DNA of 64,000 nucleotides from Acetobacter sp. 46_36 (GTDB lineage Bacteria; Pseudomonadota; Alphaproteobacteria; RF32; CAG-239): NCBI GenBank assembly GCA_001917135.1, contig MNTT01000015.1, positions 7,751 to 71,750 of the forward strand, read 5' to 3'. Shown piece by piece: positions 58,988 to 64,000 of this stretch (position 1 is its first letter; each line of letters starts with the position of its first letter). The notes under the pieces were generated by a model. It saw only the letters and a program-made list of their open reading frames with translations, ran no database searches and was not told where the DNA came from. The position numbers and the translations under genes were made by a program.

Positions 58988-59467
58988 CTACTTCAAAACC
59001 TTCTGCAAGTTAACTTCCAATGCCTGATACCCGTTTCGTTCATAAAAGCCGATAGCCCGCCGGTTAAAACAGAACACGCTCAGCTCTATTGCTTCAACGC
59101 CCCTGTCTCGCAAAAAAACTTCCGCTTTTTTCAACAAAAGCGAACCAACTCCCTGCCCCCGGCACATCTCATCAACGCCGAAATTATAAATATAGCCGAT
59201 TTTTGAATGTACATATCCGTTTCGCGGTGTCCCCTGTATAAAAAGACAAATAAAGCCGCAGATTTTTCCATCATAAACAGCCTTAAGCAAAAACATATTA
59301 TCATCCGCCATCATTTTGCGGACAATTACCAGATGTTCCTCTTCCGTCGTCGGCTTAAAATAATCCGGAAGTGCCTCATCATGCATCTTCCCGACCTGGT
59401 ACGACAGCCGCGCAATATCTTTCGCATCTTCCGCCGCTGCAATCAAAATTTCAGCATTTTTATTCAT
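58988..59467 (-). CDS. GNAT-family N-acetyltransferase
   Basis: About 159 aa. Acetyl-CoA binding motif RGQGVGSLLLKKAE (Q/RxxGxG/A) and the GNAT beta-alpha pattern. Start chosen to avoid overlap with the upstream gene; the alternative start is 59560. Confidence 0.7.
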   Translation of the reverse strand: MNKNAEILIAAAEDAKDIARLSYQVGKMHDEALPDYFKPTTEEEHLVIVRKMMADDNMFLLKAVYDGKICGFICLFIQGTPRNGYVHSKIGYIYNFGVDEMCRGQGVGSLLLKKAEVFLRDRGVEAIELSVFCFNRRAIGFYERNGYQALEVNLQKVLK

Positions 59468-59519
59468 TTCATCAAATCCCCGCAAATCAGGGAGAGGCTT
59501 TACGCCTCTCCCGTACATA

Positions 59520-60914
59520 TTAACCCCGCAGTGCCGTAACCAGCTGCCGAGGATTGACAATCACGCCGATACCGTCACGAAAATCGCCGGTTTCCAGCCC
59601 GATACGCCAAAATTCCTCCGCCGTCAAATCCGGCTTAACGCTCCGCGCCAGCACAAACAGCCCGCATTCATAAGGCTTAAGCGAAAAACCCGGCGCCGAA
59701 AACCGATACGCATCCAACCGGACAGAACCGACAACCGTTCTTCCGCCGCCCGGAAAACACAGAGTATTCCTTACCAGTTCCGGAAACTTTGCCATATCAA
59801 GCTGATTCGGCATAACCGTATAATCGTCAGGATTATCCAAGTCTCCGTCTGCTTTGCAACACACCCGGCTTTCACGCCACAGTTTATTCCCGGCAAAATC
59901 CAGATGCCCGGAGTTAACCCAGATTCCCAAATCCGCCGCACGTTTCACGGCAGCCTGCATTTCCGCCGCCCCGTCGTCATTTTGAAACAATTCGCTCACT
60001 ATGCCCCACAAGATACACACGACATCAATGCCGCTTTTGCCCTCTTTCAGCCGTTCTTCATGCAAATCGCATATTTTTTCCAGAGCTTGCGCATAATACC
60101 GCAGCGTCCGCTGCTTGTTTTCCGTCTGCAAAGCCGAAAAATAATATATGTCTGCTTTTGGCGCTACGCCGCATGTTTTCCCGGCTAATGCAGAAACAAG
60201 TTCTCCGCCGGAAACTCCATGCCGTGGTTCACCGGAATCCACCCGTTCATACCACTTCAAATTGTCATGATATTCCAAATGGTCACATAGCAAAAAACCG
60301 TCAATCACCGCCGCTGCCCGGTTTCTGCCGTCAATTCCCTGCTTATGCAGGGCTCTGATACCTAAACCGGGATTTTTCCTTTTTTCCAAAAATTCCGCCG
60401 GCTCAAAACCTTCCGGCCTCTTGGCTGCTTCTGCCGGCCACAACGTATAGGCGTCATAATCTGCCCGCAAAACATTAAGCTTTGACAAATCATACTGCGA
60501 CAAATCCATCGCATCCAAAGGCAAATACGGAGACGTTGAACCGTTTGCATATATCCTCTGAAAATTGACTAAATCCACGCCTTCACGTTCCCGTCTCAAC
60601 CCGACGGTACCTTTCCCGTCAGCAAACGGATACATTGCACCCTTGCGCCCGTCTACAGAAAGCGGCGTATGCAACGTTTTATTTTTCGTCGCAATCAAAG
60701 CTTCCGCCAACTGCCAGCGCTCTGCCTTAACCAGTTCATTCCAACTGTCAAACCCGTACTCTTTGGCAACAACGTGCTGCATATTCATCAACGACAAATC
60801 CTGCCTGTCGCCAAACACCCTTTCGCATCTGGCAACTGCCTCTTTTTCATGTTTCTGGAAATTTTTTAACAAAGATTTTGCTTCCACCCGGAAGACTTCA
60901 ACATATTCGCTCAT
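59520..60914 (-). CDS. Divergent subtilase-like (S8 family-like) protein
   Basis: 465 aa. AAAVIDGF (Asp region), HGVSGGELVSALAGKTCGVAPKADIYYF (His region with the GVAP-A motif), GIWVNSGHLDFAGN (oxyanion Asn) and a possible Ser in RFSAPG. SD GGAAAGGAA before the ATG at 60914. Confidence 0.5.
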   Translation of the reverse strand: MSEYVEVFRVEAKSLLKNFQKHEKEAVARCERVFGDRQDLSLMNMQHVVAKEYGFDSWNELVKAERWQLAEALIATKNKTLHTPLSVDGRKGAMYPFADGKGTVGLRREREGVDLVNFQRIYANGSTSPYLPLDAMDLSQYDLSKLNVLRADYDAYTLWPAEAAKRPEGFEPAEFLEKRKNPGLGIRALHKQGIDGRNRAAAVIDGFLLCDHLEYHDNLKWYERVDSGEPRHGVSGGELVSALAGKTCGVAPKADIYYFSALQTENKQRTLRYYAQALEKICDLHEERLKEGKSGIDVVCILWGIVSELFQNDDGAAEMQAAVKRAADLGIWVNSGHLDFAGNKLWRESRVCCKADGDLDNPDDYTVMPNQLDMAKFPELVRNTLCFPGGGRTVVGSVRLDAYRFSAPGFSLKPYECGLFVLARSVKPDLTAEEFWRIGLETGDFRDGIGVIVNPRQLVTALRG

Positions 60915-61278
60915 GGCAATTCCTTTCCGACAACTCACCTTATCGCCTGCCCGATGAGCTGAATAAGCCGTCTCAAGAAATCTATGTAAAAAAACGTTAT
61001 GGCAATGAACCCTTTGGCGGACATTCCGAGCGTTTGCCAAGCTCAAAAACAAAATATCAGACCGGCCTCGGCCTGTCAAGCAATTTCTTTACCAAGTTAT
61101 TACCCGCCCTGCAAAAAAAACTTGCACAAAACTCAATACCCGGTAATATACAAACAGCAGATGACAACATCTGCAAGTGCCGGAGACGGTGCGGGCTGTC
61201 GCAAGCTCTTTACACAACTCGGTGTTCAGGATATAACATCGTAAAATTACCAGCCTGAAATCGGCTGATAATTGATTA

Positions 61279-61312
61279 TATCCCCGACTGTAAAAGGTCG
61301 GGGAGCTTTAAG
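61279..61312. repeat. REP-like palindromic intergenic element, copy 2 (inverted relative to 3245..3278)
   Basis: Reverse-complement reads taaagctccccgaccttttacagtcggggatata, matching 33 of 34 bp of the 3245 copy. Confidence 0.5.
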
Positions 61313-61444
61313 TATATGTCCAGAAGTTCCTGACTTTAAAAACTTAAAGGATCATCTTAGTTGTGTATGATTTGCGAACTTCCCGACCACCTCTCAGGTG
61401 GTTTTTCTGTATTCAGGACATTTAAAGCAAAAAGGGCTATTCGC

Positions 61445-61882
61445 ATGAAAAAACACAACTGTATATTCCTCATCATAACTCTCTGTCTGCTTCCCGTTTT
61501 TTCACGGCCGGCAATTTCCATGGAAAAAATTTCCGAAGACGATGTCATATCATGCTACACACTGATTCAGACTTTCCCCGAATGGCAAAAGGAAAAAATC
61601 AGCGACTCTTTAATTCAGCCCGCTCAAGCCCCATACATCTGTCCCAAACTTCCCTATAAAATATATGAAGGCAGAGCATATAAATGGAAAAGAAAAAATA
61701 CCGCGGCCCAAACTTATCCATATTTATGTGTCAAAGACCGACAAAACCCCAATCGTTTCAGTTTTATTCTGCTGACAGAACGTAATGCTAAACTTCTTAA
61801 TTCTTTCAGCTTGGGTGAAAACTTTTGCAGCCGATTAAACACGCTGCTCAATATGCCGCAATGGACGACTTTCGCCGAATAG
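61445..61882 (+). CDS. Hypothetical secreted protein (145 aa)
   Basis: Signal peptide MKKHNCIFLIITLCLLPVFSRPAIS, several Cys, no named domain. Confidence 0.45.
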   Translation: MKKHNCIFLIITLCLLPVFSRPAISMEKISEDDVISCYTLIQTFPEWQKEKISDSLIQPAQAPYICPKLPYKIYEGRAYKWKRKNTAAQTYPYLCVKDRQNPNRFSFILLTERNAKLLNSFSLGENFCSRLNTLLNMPQWTTFAE

Positions 61883-62047
61883 ATTGCTTTCCTTTTCGTT
61901 CACACTCCCACCGTCAACCGTCCCTCCAGAAACGGCTATCGATATTTGACTCCCAAACGTCCCCAAAATCTATCCGAAACAACGTCCTAAAGGCCTAAAA
62001 TCCATCTTTTCAAATTTATTTTCCAAATAACAGCCTATACTTTTTCA

Positions 62048-62080
62048 CAAAAAAAGGCAGGCTACTCAGCCTGCCTTCGC
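62048..62080 (-). terminator. Rho-independent terminator after rplO (end of the spc-operon segment)
   Basis: On the minus strand: aaggcaggc-tgagta-gcctgcctt followed by TTTTTTT. Confidence 0.55.
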
Positions 62081-62096
62081 TTTCTTTTATACCCGG

Positions 62097-62561
62097 TTAG
62101 GCATTAACGGTAACTTTGCCGCCGGCTTTTTCAACCGCTGCAACAGCCGCTTTAGACGCAGAATCTACCGTAATATTGATAGATGCCGTCAACGCACCTC
62201 TTGCCAACAGGCGGATACCGTCCAACTCTTTGGAAATCAGGTTGGAAGCAACCAAACTTTCCTTATTGATGTCATTGGCATTTAATTTGCCGGCATCAAT
62301 AGCCTTCTGGATTGTATCCAGATTAATAACGGCAAAAGTCTTCGCGAACGGATTCTTAAAACCGCGTTTCGGCAATCTGCGGTAAATCGGCATCTGACCG
62401 CCTTCAAAACCGCGAATAGAAACACCGGAACGAGATTTCTGACCTTTAACGCCGCGGCCGCCGGTTTTACCCTTGCCGCTGCCGATACCGCGGCCAACGC
62501 GGATACGGCTCTTTGTGGCGCCTTCGTTATCTCTTAATTCATTCAGTTTCATTTTTTTCAC
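62097..62561 (-). CDS. rplO: 50S ribosomal protein L15
   Basis: 154 aa; Gly/Arg-rich N-terminus ([20 protein letters not shown]) and a conserved L15 core. Confidence 0.95.
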   Translation of the reverse strand: MKKMKLNELRDNEGATKSRIRVGRGIGSGKGKTGGRGVKGQKSRSGVSIRGFEGGQMPIYRRLPKRGFKNPFAKTFAVINLDTIQKAIDAGKLNANDINKESLVASNLISKELDGIRLLARGALTASINITVDSASKAAVAAVEKAGGKVTVNA

Positions 62562-62671
62562 CTTTTCTTCAACTCAACTTAAAATCAAAAATTTCTTGTT
62601 CGGGACACCCTCAGCCTCAAAACCGTTGGGGCTGGGCAGATTTACACCTGCCCGATGCTGCCCCAGAACAA

Positions 62672-62857
62672 TTATTCTTCAACTTTAATGAGGTGAGCTA
62701 CCTTATTAATCATTCCTCTAACGGCCGGAGTATCTTCCAAAACGGAAGTTCTGCCGACTTTATTCAAGCCCAGACCTTTCAAAGTAGCAATCTGCTCTTT
62801 GCCGTGGCCGATGGAACTTCTTACCTGAGTAACCTTAACTGTCTTTTTATTAGCCAT
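62672..62857 (-). CDS. rpmD: 50S ribosomal protein L30
   Basis: 61 aa; [10 protein letters not shown]...LKGLGL is the L30 signature. Confidence 0.9.
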   Translation of the reverse strand: MANKKTVKVTQVRSSIGHGKEQIATLKGLGLNKVGRTSVLEDTPAVRGMINKVAHLIKVEE

Positions 62858-62859
62858 GA

Positions 62860-63429
62860 TTAAGCCTCCTCTTTGTCCATCTTAACGTTAGAAGTATTTT
62901 CGCGACGGCTTACAATATCACCGACTTTCTTGCCGCGCTTCGCCGCAACCATGCGTGGGCTGTTGATAGCCTGCAAAGCCGCAAACGTTGCCTTAATCAT
63001 ATTGTAAGGATTGTTTGAACCGAGTGATTTTGCAACAACATCCTGCACGCCCAGTACTTCAAATACTGCACGCATCGGACCGCCGGCAATAACGCCGGTA
63101 CCGGCCGGAGCTGTTCTCAAAACGACTTTTCCGGCGCCAAATCTGCCGCTGATGTCGTGATGCAGTGTTCTGCCTTCGCGAAGCGGAATGCGAATCATAT
63201 TCTTTTTCGCTTCGTTCGTAGCTTTAACAATAGCTTCCGGAACTTCAGCAGCTTTGCCGGAACCAAAACCGATACGGCCTTTCTGGTCACCAACAACTAC
63301 CAAAGCAGCAAAAGACATTGTGCGGCCGCCTTTTACGGTCTTGGCTACGCGGTTGACGAAAACCAGTTTTTCAACCAGTTCTTCTTTTTTATCCGTCTTA
63401 TTATGACGATCTAAAGATTGTGCCATCAT
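62860..63429 (-). CDS. rpsE: 30S ribosomal protein S5
   Basis: 189 aa; [12 protein letters not shown] and [14 protein letters not shown] are the S5 dsRBD and C-terminal domain signatures. Confidence 0.95.
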   Translation of the reverse strand: MMAQSLDRHNKTDKKEELVEKLVFVNRVAKTVKGGRTMSFAALVVVGDQKGRIGFGSGKAAEVPEAIVKATNEAKKNMIRIPLREGRTLHHDISGRFGAGKVVLRTAPAGTGVIAGGPMRAVFEVLGVQDVVAKSLGSNNPYNMIKATFAALQAINSPRMVAAKRGKKVGDIVSRRENTSNVKMDKEEA

Positions 63430-63435
63430 AACCTC

Positions 63436-63798
63436 CTAAAACTTCAATCCGGCTTCGCGGGCAGAATCTGCCAAAGCCTTCACCCGGCCATGATATACAT
63501 AACCGCCGCGGTCAAACACAACTTCGCTGACACCGTTTTTAACGGCGCGCTCAGCAACTACTTTGCCGACATACTGCGCAGCTTCAATATTCGAAGATTT
63601 CGCAATATTGTCTCTTACTTCCTTATCCAAGGTAGAAGCAGAAGCAACTGTAGCACCTTTTGCATCGTCAATAATCTGCGCATAAATATGCTTTCCGCTG
63701 CGAAATACAGACAATCTCATCTTTCCATTCGCGGCAGCTTTCAAAGCCGTTCTAACACGTGCTTTTCTTTTTTCATATAACTTTCTTGGTGTATTCAT
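63436..63798 (-). CDS. rplR: 50S ribosomal protein L18
   Basis: 120 aa; [18 protein letters not shown] is the L18 signature. Confidence 0.95.
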   Translation of the reverse strand: MNTPRKLYEKRKARVRTALKAAANGKMRLSVFRSGKHIYAQIIDDAKGATVASASTLDKEVRDNIAKSSNIEAAQYVGKVVAERAVKNGVSEVVFDRGGYVYHGRVKALADSAREAGLKF

Positions 63799-63809
63799 TG
63801 CTTTACATC

Positions 63810-64000
63810 CTATTTCTTCTTGCCTTCTTTACGACGTACATATTCGCCGTCTACGCGAATGCCTTTTCCTTTATAAGGTTCAGGCTTTCTGTATTTGCGA
63901 ATTTCAGCCGCAACCTGACCTACCAGCTGCTTGTCAACACCGCTGACCTTAAGGGTCGTCTGGCTTTCGCAGACAATGGTAATGCCTTTCGGGGTTTCAA
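63810..64000 (-). CDS. rplF: 50S ribosomal protein L6, 3' portion (continues beyond the window)
   Basis: The C-terminus reads ...[17 protein letters not shown] on the reverse strand. It sits immediately upstream of rplR, as expected for spc-operon order. Confidence 0.85.
   Translation of the reverse strand, partial: ETPKGITIVCESQTTLKVSGVDKQLVGQVAAEIRKYRKPEPYKGKGIRVDGEYVRRKEGKKK

Overview
This 64-kb window comes from an alphaproteobacterium. The evidence is a full-length CtrA response regulator and alphaproteobacterial-type GroEL and DnaK. The gene content looks host-associated: signal-peptide ankyrin proteins, a MORN-repeat protein, a large autotransporter, a pentapeptide-repeat protein and a DUF4105 (Lnb-like) protein. 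I saw no rRNA, CRISPR array, transposase or integrase.

Housekeeping landmarks:
- sodB, ctrA, greA, a peroxiredoxin and tRNA-Ser(GGA).
- ampG plus a glycosyltransferase family 2 (GT2) gene.
- A translationally coupled operon murJ / hypothetical / NifU-like / Bax (FlgJ-like) / gloB, followed by a histidine kinase and infA.
- recJ, metK, a flotillin, dnaK, ugd and groES-groEL.
- The 3' end of the spc ribosomal operon (rplF, rplR, rpsE, rpmD, rplO) with no secY after it.

Two regions stand out as candidate accessory systems:
1. At 21.1-27.4 kb, three tandem paralogous polytopic membrane proteins of GT-C glycosyltransferase-like architecture share a WGNHDW / EGRFxQ / LGGYPxxN signature. They are interleaved with a GtrB/ArnC-type polyprenyl-phosphate sugar synthase (a GT2 enzyme). 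This looks like a diversified surface-glycan or lipid A modification module.
2. At 51.2-60.9 kb, a lower-GC, AT-spacer-rich array of seven minus-strand genes sits beside the truncated spc operon. It holds two paralogous ABC exporters, a divergent S8-like peptidase, a GNAT, an HD hydrolase, a 529-aa unknown and a 77-aa Cys-containing ORF with a near-perfect Shine-Dalgarno. It may be a peptide maturation and export island or an effector-export island.

Several repeat families are also noted: 21-bp periodic GCCGTAT boxes, a REP-like palindrome present twice, and in-frame tandem repeats in an ABC linker and in the autotransporter.
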